A stretch of 64,000 nucleotides of DNA from Chloroflexota bacterium (GCA_030603665.1 JAUVXJ010000008.1:94900-158899), one strand, 5' to 3'; shown: positions 36,364 to 45,336, counted from the stretch's first letter. Program-made: numbers and translations. The notes: generated by a model from the sequence alone, not told the origin.

Positions 36364-37023
36364 TCATTCAACTCCCATCCCGAATGTGGTGCCCCCCGTT
36401 GACGCGTCGAACACATACTCCACTCTGTAGGACACCAGGGTCCCGCAGCGGTCCACGGTCCAGCGCTCCGCCCAGGCTGCGTACACCAAGATTTCACCTT
36501 CCCATCGGAGGTCATGGGGATCCTCGATGACTTCTGTGTTGGCGATCCTACGGTCCGGGCAGGGCGAATCCGCGAACATCTCGCAGAAGCTCACCAGGAA
36601 GTTCATCACATCTCGTTGAAGTAGCGGATCGGCTGCGGTCTCACCCGGCAGGCCTTCTGCCAGTTGGATAGCGAAAGTGCGTATCCAGGGAGGAACGCCC
36701 ACAGTGGGAGATGGCGCCGGAATGGGCGTCGGAGGGACTGGTGTCGGCGTGGGAGGCTCTGGCGTGGGCGTCGGGGGGGGCGGTGTCGGTGTGGGAGGCT
36801 CGGGCGTGGGCGTCGGAGGGACTGGGGTTGGTGTGGGGGGTTCGGGCGTGGCTGTAGGAGGGATTGGTGTCGGCGTGGGAGGATTGGGCGTGACGGTCGG
36901 AGGGCGCGCTGTGGGTGTGGCCACTGCGGTCGGTTCGCTTGGCGCTTGGCCGCACGAGGCGGCCAGCAGGATGGCCAGCCCCAGAGCCATGAGCACCACA
37001 AGCCAGCTAGATCTACGAATCAT
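36364..37023 (-). CDS. lipoprotein with (PTPxPP)n linker and ~110-aa C-terminal domain of unknown function
   Basis: AGGAGG SD, lipobox LAASC, about 75 aa of PTP repeats, then a globular C-terminus containing Cys residues. Confidence 0.65.
   Translation of the reverse strand: MIRRSSWLVVLMALGLAILLAASCGQAPSEPTAVATPTARPPTVTPNPPTPTPIPPTATPEPPTPTPVPPTPTPEPPTPTPPPPTPTPEPPTPTPVPPTPIPAPSPTVGVPPWIRTFAIQLAEGLPGETAADPLLQRDVMNFLVSFCEMFADSPCPDRRIANTEVIEDPHDLRWEGEILVYAAWAERWTVDRCGTLVSYRVEYVFDASTGGTTFGMGVE
36690..36900 (-). repeat. coding low-complexity tandem repeat (Pro/Thr linker)
   Basis: The reiterated GGCGTGGG/GGTGTCGG units on the plus strand encode [12 protein letters not shown]... on the minus strand. 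They also generate Gly-rich shadow ORFs. Confidence 0.8.
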
Positions 37024-37073
37024 CGTTCACCTCCTGGTTCTGACTACTCCTAACTCCTGATGCATACGACAGC

Positions 37074-37138
37074 AGGCTACCACAGCGGTCTCAAGAAAGG
37101 CTCAAATAGCGTCTCCACAGGTCTCAAAAGGGCCTCAA
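37074..37138 (-). promoter_or_regulatory. copy b of the dispersed element: TTGAGGC, TTGAGAC, (GGAGACG), TTGAGCC, TTGAGAC on an 11-bp grid, N8 (CGCTGTGG), TAGCCT
   Basis: Heptamers sit at 37138-37132, 37127-37121, 37116-37110, 37105-37099 and 37094-37088. The hexamer is at 37079-37074. The predicted TSS is about 45 nt before the ATG at 37023. Confidence 0.6.
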
Positions 37139-37351
37139 ACCGCCGCTTCGGCCCTCAGGTTCAGGTCGGCCAGGCCTCGTGGGAGCCCTGAACAGGAAAC
37201 CTCAAGGTCCCTCTTGCCCACGCCACGTGCCTTATTGCACGCTGGCGCTGACCTCTTCTGCTTGTTCTTGATCTCTTGGGTGGTTGTCCGCCTGTCGGTG
37301 CACCTCGCCATAAGAGAGCGATGGCAGAACCTGTTGGCCGCGACCACCAGA

Positions 37352-37381
37352 CTTGACAAGGTATACTGAGAGACTGCATAA
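37352..37381 (+). promoter_or_regulatory. sigma70-type promoter TTGACA-18 nt-CATAAT
   Basis: Read directly from the sequence, about 45 nt upstream of the ATG at 37426. Confidence 0.5.
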
Positions 37382-37425
37382 TCCCTTTGTTTATTGGGGA
37401 AGGACCGATATCTCAGGGAGGGGGT

Positions 37426-38229
37426 ATGGGGAGGGGACTCCGCTACACCCAGGCGTTTGCCGGCGTGCTGAAGAGGCGTACGGTGGGACGCGTCGGTTCC
37501 GCGCTCGGTTCTCTGGCCCTCTTGGATCGAAGCGCCAAGGTGCGAAGGCTGACGGACTGGGCTATCAGAGGTCTCGAAGTAGAACCTATCCCTCCCTCGT
37601 TGGAGGGCACGCGAGCGGCGATTCTGGTGAGCAACTACCCTACGGTCTCCCAATCGCTGCGGGCGGTGATCAAAGTTGGGTGCCGTATCTCCACCGAACA
37701 TCCCCGTTTGAGGGCCATCGCCCGACCGGAGATCGTGACCCAGGCCAATACGCTGTTCAAGGCGCTGGGGGTGGGGCAGTTTGTGTTCCCTGTGCACAAG
37801 GACCAGGCTGGCGCCTACAGGTTGGAGGGAAGACTGGTCAAGGACATCCTGCGGTGGTTGGATGGCCCCGGTAACGTGTTGTGGCTATCGATCACAGGAA
37901 GAACACGGGGATACGGTCTCCTGGAGGGCGACTTGAGGACCCGCGCCGCTATGTTCTCGCTCAAGAAGGGGGTGCCCCTGGTGCCCATGGGACTGGTGAC
38001 AAGAGAGAAGAAGGGCAAGCTCAGAGTGGTCGGGGTTAGATTCGGCGCACCAATCTACCCCCCTTCGGCTTCCGAACTGGACGACTTCCAGAGGACAGAC
38101 TACCTGATCGATCTCACCAAGCTGGCCATGTGCGAGGTGGCTCGTCTCTTGCCACCGGGGCAGAGGGGCGATTTCGAAGACGCTGAGGCGAAGCTGGAAG
38201 AGACCAACAGGAGATTGGGGATCTCCTGA
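37426..38229 (+). CDS. acyltransferase-like (LPLAT-superfamily-like) protein, uncertain
   Basis: GGGAGGGGG SD before the internal ATG. Weak resemblance to PlsC-type acyltransferases (LVSNYPT..., ITGRTRG, PLVPMGL), but no clear HxxxxD. Confidence 0.4.
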   Translation: MGRGLRYTQAFAGVLKRRTVGRVGSALGSLALLDRSAKVRRLTDWAIRGLEVEPIPPSLEGTRAAILVSNYPTVSQSLRAVIKVGCRISTEHPRLRAIARPEIVTQANTLFKALGVGQFVFPVHKDQAGAYRLEGRLVKDILRWLDGPGNVLWLSITGRTRGYGLLEGDLRTRAAMFSLKKGVPLVPMGLVTREKKGKLRVVGVRFGAPIYPPSASELDDFQRTDYLIDLTKLAMCEVARLLPPGQRGDFEDAEAKLEETNRRLGIS

Positions 38230-38637
38230 GAACAAGAGCGCGACTGCATCCGCATGGCCCGTATGGTGGCCAGAGGGATGCGGTGGCCAAGGGTCAGACG
38301 TGGCTGGTGGGGCCGTTGATCCTTCGGAAGAGACAGCGGCCTCTTTCTGTGTCTGCCAGAGGCAGCGTGACTTGACTCCTGGATGCTGCGACGCGTCTAG
38401 CACGAGTTGTGGAGAGGGCAACAATGCTCTGTGGTGGGGTGGACCTGCCGTTCGCATTCAACACGGGGGAGAGAACTTGCCGCGAGTACGCTTGGAGTCG
38501 GCTCGTGACTGTGTTGGCACGGCCCCAGCAAAGCCCCTATAATGGCATGGCGGAGGAGTAGCGGGATCATAGTGGGCGAGTGCGGAAAGCGACCAGGGGT
38601 TGTGACTACCCCTTGTCGACAAACCGGGAGGTGAGCA

Positions 38638-39429
38638 ATGGAGGGTCTTTTCGCCACGGGGAGCTGTCTGGTGATCATCTTCTTGTTCGTATTGATCGCC
38701 TTGTTCATGTTGCTCCTGTCGGGCATCAAACTGCTCTACGAGTATGAGAGGGGCGTTGTCTTCACCCTGGGCAAGTACTCCAGCACGCGCAAGCCTGGCC
38801 TGACGATCATCATTCCCGTCGTGCAGTCCATGCGCAAAGTGGACATGCGGATCAAGACGGCGGAGATCCCTCGCCAGGAGGTGATGACCAAGGACAACAT
38901 CCCCATGCTGGTGAACGCTGTGGTCTACTTCAAGGTTGTGCACCCCGCAGATGCCATCATCAAGATCGAGGACTACGTCTTTGCCGTGCGCCAATACACG
39001 CAGGCTGCGCTGCGAGACGTCATCGGGAATGCGGAGATGGACTTCGTCCTCACCGAGCGGGAGCGGGTGGCTGAAGGTATTAAGGAGATCGTGGATGCCG
39101 GGACGACCGACTGGGGAGTGGATATCGAGTCCATCAAGATCCAGGAGGTGGAACTGCCGGCGGAGATGAAGCGTGCCATGGCCAAGCAGGCGGAGGCTGA
39201 GCGGGAGCGCCGCGCCATCATCATCGCCTCCAAGGGCGAACTGTCGGCATCCGAGAACCTGAGAAAGGCGGCGGAGAACCTCTCCAAGAGCCGCGGTGCG
39301 CTGCACCTGCGTACGCTACAAACGATCCGGGCCATCGCCGCCGACCCCTCGGAGAAGATAGTCCTCTTCGTGCCGTCCGACCTCGGTCGCATCCTGGGTT
39401 CAGTGGTCGGGGGGCGAGAGGAGAACTGA
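38638..39429 (+). CDS. stomatin/prohibitin-like SPFH domain protein
   Basis: N-terminal TM, then YERGVVFTLGKY....KPGL.IIIP....M.KVDMR......P.QEV.TKDN and AEAERERRA.II.A.GE, typical of slipin/QmcA-type proteins. Confidence 0.85.
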   Translation: MEGLFATGSCLVIIFLFVLIALFMLLLSGIKLLYEYERGVVFTLGKYSSTRKPGLTIIIPVVQSMRKVDMRIKTAEIPRQEVMTKDNIPMLVNAVVYFKVVHPADAIIKIEDYVFAVRQYTQAALRDVIGNAEMDFVLTERERVAEGIKEIVDAGTTDWGVDIESIKIQEVELPAEMKRAMAKQAEAERERRAIIIASKGELSASENLRKAAENLSKSRGALHLRTLQTIRAIAADPSEKIVLFVPSDLGRILGSVVGGREEN

Positions 39430-39541
39430 AGGCTGAGTGGCGCCCGTTCTCTGGCTGAGGAGAATAGACCGCATGTCGTTTGTTCCTTCTAGCCTGGTAT
39501 TCCGGCGAGCGCGATCTCGCTGGGGTGCTGGATCTCCGTTG

Positions 39542-40210
39542 ATGATCCTCGACGAGAAGACGCGATATTTGCAGATCGCCTTCAACTACGATGTGGCCCT
39601 GGTCAGACGCGTCCTCCCCACCATCGTCCACAGCGAGCGGATCCTGATCGAGGCCGGGACCCCCTTCATCAAGCGGGAGGGTTCGGCCGGCATCAGAGCT
39701 ATTCGCAGTCTGTGGGACGGTCATGTTGTGGCCGATCTCAAGACGGTGGACGGGGCGCTGGGTGAGGTGCAGGAGGCACACGCTGCTGGCGCAAACGCCG
39801 CTACGGTCCTCGGCAGCTCTCCTCCGGAGGCCCTGGACCTTTTCATCGCCCACTGTGCTGCGCTGGGGATGAACTCCATGATCGACATGCTGGGTGTAAA
39901 GGACCCCTTGAAGGTGCTGATGCAACTGCAAACGCCACCGAACGTGGTGGTGCTGCATCTCGGACGCGATGAGGAGTCCACGCGTGGCAAGATGATCCAG
40001 TACCGCCACGTGAGCCGCGTGCGCAGCAAGTTCAACGTACTCATCTCCGCGGCGGGGGGTGTGGGCCTCAAGCAGGCGCGCAGTGCCATCTTCAACGGGG
40101 CCAACATCGTCGTCGCCAACCTCGTGCACCCTGACGATCCCTGGACGGGCATCAGCACCGAGACCGACGTGGCGGAGATGGCGCAGCAGTTTCTGGTCAC
40201 TATCGAATGA
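39542..40210 (+). CDS. 3-hexulose-6-phosphate synthase / OMP-decarboxylase-family (HUMPS-like) protein
   Basis: LQIAFNYD.......V.......ILIEAGTPFIKREG......ADLKT.DGA..E......AGANAATVLG parallels HPS (LQVAIDL...IIELGTPLIKAEG...ADMKTMDAG). The start was chosen at the internal ATG (MILDEK). Confidence 0.65.
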   Translation: MILDEKTRYLQIAFNYDVALVRRVLPTIVHSERILIEAGTPFIKREGSAGIRAIRSLWDGHVVADLKTVDGALGEVQEAHAAGANAATVLGSSPPEALDLFIAHCAALGMNSMIDMLGVKDPLKVLMQLQTPPNVVVLHLGRDEESTRGKMIQYRHVSRVRSKFNVLISAAGGVGLKQARSAIFNGANIVVANLVHPDDPWTGISTETDVAEMAQQFLVTIE

Positions 40211-40248
40211 GATGGGTCTCTCAAGAGTAGGGTTCGGCGGGGAAGGAT

Positions 40249-41172
40249 ATGTTGGAGGCAGAAGCGGGCTTGGCGCAGGTGGCCTTCGTCAAGACACGTG
40301 ACAGAGCCGAGGGAGTCCGCAGAGCATTGGCGTCGTTGGGCAAGGACGCGTTCGGCGGCAGAAATGTGCTCCTGAAACCCAACTTCAACAGTGCGCATCC
40401 TACGCCGGGTTCGACTCACAACGACGTTCTGCGGGCCCTGATCGAGGAGCTGAGGGAGAGGGGTGCCCGGTCGGTCACCGTTGGCGACCGCAGCGGGATG
40501 GGGGCGACACGGCGGGTGATGGAACAGAAAGGCGTATTCGCCATGGCTGGCGAACTGGGTTTCCAGACGCTGGTGTTCGACGAATTGGAGGAAGAGCAGT
40601 GGGTGATGATGCAGCCCCCAGACAGTCACTGGCAAGGAGGCTTCGCGTTTGCCCGGCCTATCCTGGAGGCTGACGCCGTGGTGCAGACTTGCTGCCTCAA
40701 GACCCACCGCTTCGGCGGGCACTTCACCATGTCTCTCAAGAACTCGGTGGGTATGGTGGCCAAGCAGGTTCCAGGTGATGGCCACGACTACATGAAGGAG
40801 TTACACCAATCGCCACATCAGAGGCTCATGATCGCCGAGATCAACACCGCCTACACCCCCGCTCTGATACTGCTGGACGGCGTCGACGCCTTCGCTAACG
40901 CTGGGCCCGACTCTGGCAAGCGAGTACGGACGGAGGTGGTGCTGGCCGGCACAGACCGGGTGGCCATCGATGCCGTGGGGGTGGCGGTGCTTCGTCATTG
41001 GGGCACTACTCCCGAGGTGACGACAGGGCCCATCTTCGAACAGGAGCAGATCGCTCGATCAGTGGAGTTGGGTCTAGGTGTCGACGGGCCCGAGAAGGTG
41101 CGATTCATCACTGGCGATGACGAAAGCAAGTCGTACGCCTCTGAGATCCGGGAGGTCTTGTCGCGCGGGTAG
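40249..41172 (+). CDS. DUF362 domain protein
   Basis: The pattern VAFVKT.DR..GV..AL..LG......VLLKPNFNSA.P..GSTH.DVL.AL.E.L, plus a later C..KTH...G....LKN..G, fits DUF362. Confidence 0.65.
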   Translation: MLEAEAGLAQVAFVKTRDRAEGVRRALASLGKDAFGGRNVLLKPNFNSAHPTPGSTHNDVLRALIEELRERGARSVTVGDRSGMGATRRVMEQKGVFAMAGELGFQTLVFDELEEEQWVMMQPPDSHWQGGFAFARPILEADAVVQTCCLKTHRFGGHFTMSLKNSVGMVAKQVPGDGHDYMKELHQSPHQRLMIAEINTAYTPALILLDGVDAFANAGPDSGKRVRTEVVLAGTDRVAIDAVGVAVLRHWGTTPEVTTGPIFEQEQIARSVELGLGVDGPEKVRFITGDDESKSYASEIREVLSRG

Positions 41173-41225
41173 CACCTAGAGCCCGGAGTTCAGTTCGCGC
41201 GGCACCCACAGCCACGCCCACTCCC

Positions 41226-41684
41226 TTGCCCACCGACACGCCGACGCCCACCCCGATCCGGGTCGGCGACGCGTATGAGGATGATGACCCGCCCAACTAC
41301 TCCGGCGGGGGCGGGTACGAGTACACCTACGACGCGGCCAACCGCTTGACCAACGTGGGCGGGGTGTCATACACTTGGAACGACAAAGGCAACCTCACCA
41401 GCGACGGTGTGCGCAGCTACACCTACGACCACGCCAACCGGCTGACCCAGGTCACGGAAGGGTTCCTCACCACCCAGTTCGCCTACAACGGCGACGGGGC
41501 AAAGACCAGCAAGACCTTCTTCCCCGTGAGAGTCTTCGGCAAGCTTGCCGAGACCTGTGAAGACACCAAGAAGGGTGCCAAGGTCTTGGTCGAGGGCAAA
41601 CTTGACATCTCAGACTACACCGACAAGGAAGGCCAGAAGAGGATCACCTTCAGGGTTTTGGCCGATACCTATCGGTTACTCTAA
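41226..41684 (+). pseudogene. chimeric gene fragment: PT-linker + RHS/YD repeats joined to the C-terminal half of an SSB OB-fold
   Basis: YTYDAANRLTNVGGVSYTWNDKGNLTSDGVRSYTYDHANRLTQV...FAYNGDGAKTSKT are YD repeats. From about 41520, FFPVRVFGKLAETCEDTKKGAKVLVEGKLDISDYTDKEGQKRITFRVLADTYRLL matches SSB. There is no credible start, and the frame is open back into the DUF362 gene. Confidence 0.6.
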
Positions 41685-41693
41685 ACACAAAAA

Positions 41694-41715
41694 GGGGAGG
41701 CTTGAAAGCCTCCCC
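41694..41715. terminator. bidirectional intrinsic terminator GGGGAGGC-TTGAAA-GCCTCCCC
   Basis: 8-bp perfect GC-rich stem. It is flanked by an A-run (5') and T-rich sequence (3'), so it gives a U-tract in either orientation. Confidence 0.7.
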
Positions 41716-41804
41716 TTCTCCCTCCTTCTTGATAGCGGTCAGCAGGTGTTCAAGGTGTTGCTGAGCATTACAGTCTATCTAGTCTAGGCAGCCCCGGAAT
41801 CGAC

Positions 41805-42245
41805 TCATGCTTGCTGTTTAGGCCACTTCCATGCATGCCAGACAATTAGTGCAATGAACACAGCTTCAAGAATCATATACAATCCCAAATAAGCCCAAAT
41901 CTCCGCTCCTGGTAGAAGCAATGGAGGGAGCAAAATAATAGCATGGAATATACCCACGATGATGTTTGTCCAGCGATTCACTTTAGCCGGCAATGCCAGG
42001 GACAGGAAAACCATAAAAATCGGAATCGCCATTAATATTGCAGTCCCAAACAACAGTGTTTGAGTAAACTGCATACCTGCTACTTCTCCCGCCATTACTT
42101 CCCCTATATGCCCCGGCTTATAAAATGCCTTAATATCCGCATATGCATATAGAAACATTAGAGCTACCCATAATGCTGAAAGCTTTATCTTCACATTTAT
42201 CTTCACGTCTTCTAAGACTCTTGCGGTCTTTTTGTTTGAATTCAT
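41805..42245 (-). CDS. small 4-TM membrane protein, markedly AT-rich gene
   Basis: A 146-aa hydrophobic ORF. Local composition is visibly lower in GC (about 40% by eye) than the rest of the window. Confidence 0.7.
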   Translation of the reverse strand: MNSNKKTARVLEDVKINVKIKLSALWVALMFLYAYADIKAFYKPGHIGEVMAGEVAGMQFTQTLLFGTAILMAIPIFMVFLSLALPAKVNRWTNIIVGIFHAIILLPPLLLPGAEIWAYLGLYMILEAVFIALIVWHAWKWPKQQA

Positions 42246-42463
42246 TTTCTTCCTCCTTTTCTTAAGCGATATTGATGAGTTTCATTTTGCCATCGCGCGG
42301 AATCAGAGCTTCCGCGCCAGCCACGTCTTCCTCTACTGCCAGGCAGGTCAGAAACACAACACGTATTATGTACCTTATCAAATGTGAATCGTGCTTCGCC
42401 TGTGGCTTGCGGCGAGCAAAGGTGGGCCGTGACGCGATAGGGTTGCCGGACCAGGTCCATGCA

Positions 42464-43576
42464 TCAATCGCCGACGGGCTCTATGTGGTCTGGGGTCACT
42501 CTTCTTCTGCTCTGATCGTAGGCGCCAGTTACCACGACTTCCCGCCCGTAGTATGTCCTGACCAGATCATCTATGCCTTCTGAGATCACAATTGTGTATT
42601 GTTCGCCCCCCTCAGTCGTCAGCCCGATCAAGTCCTTCGCTTTGCGGCTATCAGCGTAGTCAAGCTCACCCCGCACCTCGACGCGCTTGAGCCGCGTCTC
42701 AGTTGTTTCTTCCACAGGTTTGAGCATGGCTTCTCGTATCTCTGCCTTTGGCCTTTTCAGGGTGGCGGCCCTCGATCGACTGGCAAAACCAACAATGCTG
42801 ATCCTCTCACCGTCAGGAGCTATGGCAGACGTTAGCGTCACGAAGTTGAGGTAGTAGCTGTCATGCGCGATCATCTCACGAAGTGCTTGTTCATTCGCTT
42901 GCTCGATCAGCTCAACGCCCTTGACTAGCTGGTCTATGACATCCGAGGCTTCGAGCCACATAGGTAGCTGTTGCTGGTCAGGTTTGCCAAGCTTGATCGA
43001 CAGTACGAGACTGCCTGCCTTGGGCGCGCATAGCAGCGGAATCCAGGGACGCACGTCGCTCGGCGGACCCCCGCCTTTTCGGTACGGTCTGCTCAGCATC
43101 CTCGAAACGGTGCGCTCGATGAGGGATCGCAGAAACTCCAAGCGATCCGTGACTTCGCTCAGCGGGATAATCCCTGGACCCACGGATTTCCCTTCTAGGG
43201 AAACATCAAGGTCCTCATCTTGGAGCAACACTCCTCGACTCTGGAGATCCAACTCGAAGTCTATCATTCTAAGCAGGTCCTTCAGTTCGCCTGCAATGGC
43301 CGGAGGTGGATAGCCTGAGAGTCCATTGGCTATCTGTCGCTGCGCGGCTTCGTAGTCTTTGAACTGATACGCTAGTGATGCAGCGCTCCGATGCAGGATC
43401 GAAAGCGTAGGTTCTGACGAACGGTCTTCAGGAACCAGAGCAATAGCCTTAGTCTCAAGATCGTATGCCTGTTGGGCGAGTTCTTGCGCAAGACGAACAT
43501 CACCCCTACGCCGTGCTACCATGGCCTCCTGGGCGTGTAGCATTGCTTCTTGGTGGAGTTCACGAACGGTCGTCAC
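42464..43576 (-). CDS. hypothetical protein, helical TPR-like N-terminus, unknown C-terminal domains
   Basis: The GTG start overlaps the upstream stop (GTGA). The first ~110 aa form paired amphipathic helices. No nucleotide-binding or catalytic motif was recognised. Confidence 0.6.
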   Translation of the reverse strand: MTTVRELHQEAMLHAQEAMVARRRGDVRLAQELAQQAYDLETKAIALVPEDRSSEPTLSILHRSAASLAYQFKDYEAAQRQIANGLSGYPPPAIAGELKDLLRMIDFELDLQSRGVLLQDEDLDVSLEGKSVGPGIIPLSEVTDRLEFLRSLIERTVSRMLSRPYRKGGGPPSDVRPWIPLLCAPKAGSLVLSIKLGKPDQQQLPMWLEASDVIDQLVKGVELIEQANEQALREMIAHDSYYLNFVTLTSAIAPDGERISIVGFASRSRAATLKRPKAEIREAMLKPVEETTETRLKRVEVRGELDYADSRKAKDLIGLTTEGGEQYTIVISEGIDDLVRTYYGREVVVTGAYDQSRRRVTPDHIEPVGD

Positions 43577-44199
43577 GATTGCACCATCTTCGACTTGGGG
43601 CTGGCAAACTCGACAATCACGACGAGAGCCGGAAGGCTATCGTCCTTGAGTCGGCTGAGCTTCCTCTTGGCCCTGGCTGACACGGTGTTGCTTCCCTTCT
43701 CCTCCCTTATGCCCGAAGCCTCTAATCGGGCAGCATGGTTGAAAAGGAGAGTATCATCCAACGGCTGCTCAGCAAGGAAGTAGTCGATGGTAGTTCCGAT
43801 CGATGCCTGGCGCACCGCGGTGTAGTCTGTCAATTCACGAACAAGCAGGAGGGCAATAGCGCACGCACCAGAGTCAGTTGCCCTTGTGGTTTCATTATGA
43901 GCCGCTCTCATCTGGTCATCTACCGTGCCGAGCCAATGAACGGTGACATCCTCGTTGTTGCCTCCCCAGTCCACGGATAGGCGGACGCCACTTGGGTGGC
44001 CCTGACTATCGAAGCACACCATACAGGCTTCCTTGAAGTAACCAGCATAGGCCGAGGTCATTGCGGGTATCCCTGTTACCAGGGAGTTGAGATCAATCGC
44101 TTGCGTCTGAGAGATAGAGACCACGCCTTTTTCCATCGCCAGTGTCGTCGTGAGAGGCAGCCGGTTGAGGCACTGCTGGCCACAGACCACACGCGGCAT
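43573..44199 (-). CDS. hypothetical protein (208 aa), unknown family
   Basis: ORF with protein-like composition. Start uncertain (44199, 44136 or 44061). Possible D...E(A)S(G) motif (IDYFL...ARLEASGI), of unclear meaning. Confidence 0.5.
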   Translation of the reverse strand: MPRVVCGQQCLNRLPLTTTLAMEKGVVSISQTQAIDLNSLVTGIPAMTSAYAGYFKEACMVCFDSQGHPSGVRLSVDWGGNNEDVTVHWLGTVDDQMRAAHNETTRATDSGACAIALLLVRELTDYTAVRQASIGTTIDYFLAEQPLDDTLLFNHAARLEASGIREEKGSNTVSARAKRKLSRLKDDSLPALVVIVEFASPKSKMVQS

Positions 44200-44438
44200 G
44201 GGGGCCGATGAAAGGGGCTGCGCGACGTGAGGGGATTCCTAGAAAGGCTCTCCAGCCGCTCTCGCCGGACATACTCAACCCTATTTGTAATCGGCACGCC
44301 GACGGATGACTTGGGTCCTGTATCGCTGAGGAGCACCACGCGCTCCTCTCGGACTGACCCACGACGGCCATCTCCTCTGGACTCACGACACAGGGTGCTC
44401 AGGTTCCACCCAAAGCAAAGCATACCTGGCCTCGCTTG

Positions 44439-44459
44439 TCAAGCGAGGCACAACACCCG
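44439..44459. promoter_or_regulatory. perfect 10-1-10 palindrome GCCTCGCTTG-T-CAAGCGAGGC (operator or terminator)
   Basis: Read directly from the sequence. It lies between the small Cys-rich ORF (stop at 44678) and the two-gene cassette (start at or below 44199). Confidence 0.5.
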
Positions 44460-44677
44460 CTCTAACTCGATCGCCATATTTGCGCCGCACAGCGGCGGGC
44501 GCTGGTCACGAGGGGGCGACGAAGACAGAGTGCTATCAGTCTCGCAAGGACGGTTCGGAGGTCAGTAACCATATGCAAGCCTATGGCACCTCAACGGGCC
44601 AGCCGGCTGCCCTGCGGCCCCATTCTTGGCAAGTGGCGGATCCCACCCACCCCCTCTCAAACACCGACCGCTCGGAG

Positions 44678-44920
44678 TTACCAAAAGGTTGCGCGATGTT
44701 GTCGCGTTGCTCGAAGATCAAGCGCAACACGGCCTTTCTTCTTCTTCCTTTGGCATTTCATGGGAGCCCCGCAGTGCTTTGGCATCTCTATGCTTTCCGT
44801 GGGGCCCTCACAGGGGCAATAGAGTTTGTCCTCTGTGCCAGGACGTGGCACACCGGGCCCTCAATGCACAACGGGAACGGGCTGTTCAGCCTTACATACC
44901 TGACAAACCAACTTGGTCAT
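44678..44920 (-). CDS. candidate small Cys-rich selenoprotein (80 codons with in-frame TGA at codon 20)
   Basis: MTKLVCQVCKAEQPVPVVH-TGA-GPGVPRPGTEDKLYCPCEGPTESIEMPKHCGAPMKCQRKKKKG... There is an internal repeat, CxxC-x10-H-[TGA]-G versus CxC-x11-H-C-G. A hairpin lies 8 nt after the TGA. The ORF follows the 117-aa gene on the same strand. Confidence 0.35.
44834..44852 (-). promoter_or_regulatory. hairpin UGUGCCA-CGUCC-UGGCACA directly after the in-frame UGA (possible SECIS)
   Basis: 7-bp perfect stem. The loop begins 15 nt after the UGA at 44863-44861. Confidence 0.3.
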
Positions 44921-44969
44921 TGTTCTCTACTCTTTCTTACCAGTCACCCCGTTGCTACTGGTCTGCCAT

Positions 44970-45323
44970 TTATGGTGCCGGCTCCGTAACTTCCTTCATC
45001 AACCCCATAACCCCATCGGTGAGAAAGCATCCGGGGCCAATCTTACAGTTGCCAGCAGTCTTCTGGCACTCCGCTTCCTCGGCCACATCTAGCGCTGCAG
45101 CCAGTTTAGCGTAACGCTCGATCTGAGCCAGTATCTGCCTCTTATCCGAGTCCGAAACCGTTGACAGCTCCAGGTCTATCCTCAGTTTCTTTAAGCCTTT
45201 GCTCACCTTGACCTGGGAGCCAGACAGACCAATACAGCTTCGGCAGATATCCTGGGTGAAGGCCCGCAAGCCAGCCAGGACGACGTTATAGCCCCTTAGT
45301 TGGTTCCCCAAATAGGTAGCCAT
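44970..45323 (-). CDS. stand-alone paralogue of the Cys-rich C-terminal domain of the MtrA-like protein
   Basis: AGGAGGAG SD. MATYLGNQLRGYNVVLAGL...QDICRSC...ECQKTAGNCKIGPGCF...MKEVTEP aligns with ALYFANQLRGYSGVLAVL...QDICHGGC...PCQKTAGNCKIGSGCF...MKLITEP at the end of the upstream gene. Confidence 0.7.
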   Translation of the reverse strand: MATYLGNQLRGYNVVLAGLRAFTQDICRSCIGLSGSQVKVSKGLKKLRIDLELSTVSDSDKRQILAQIERYAKLAAALDVAEEAECQKTAGNCKIGPGCFLTDGVMGLMKEVTEPAP

Positions 45324-45336
45324 TTCTGCTCTCCTC

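Noticed and set aside
36606-37060. Gly-rich plus-strand ORFs (36664..37053, 36677..37060) and alternative minus frames over the PT-repeat.
   Set aside because: They are mirror or offset frames of the (PTPxPP)n linker of a lipoprotein that has a signal peptide, lipobox and SD. Nothing independently supports them.
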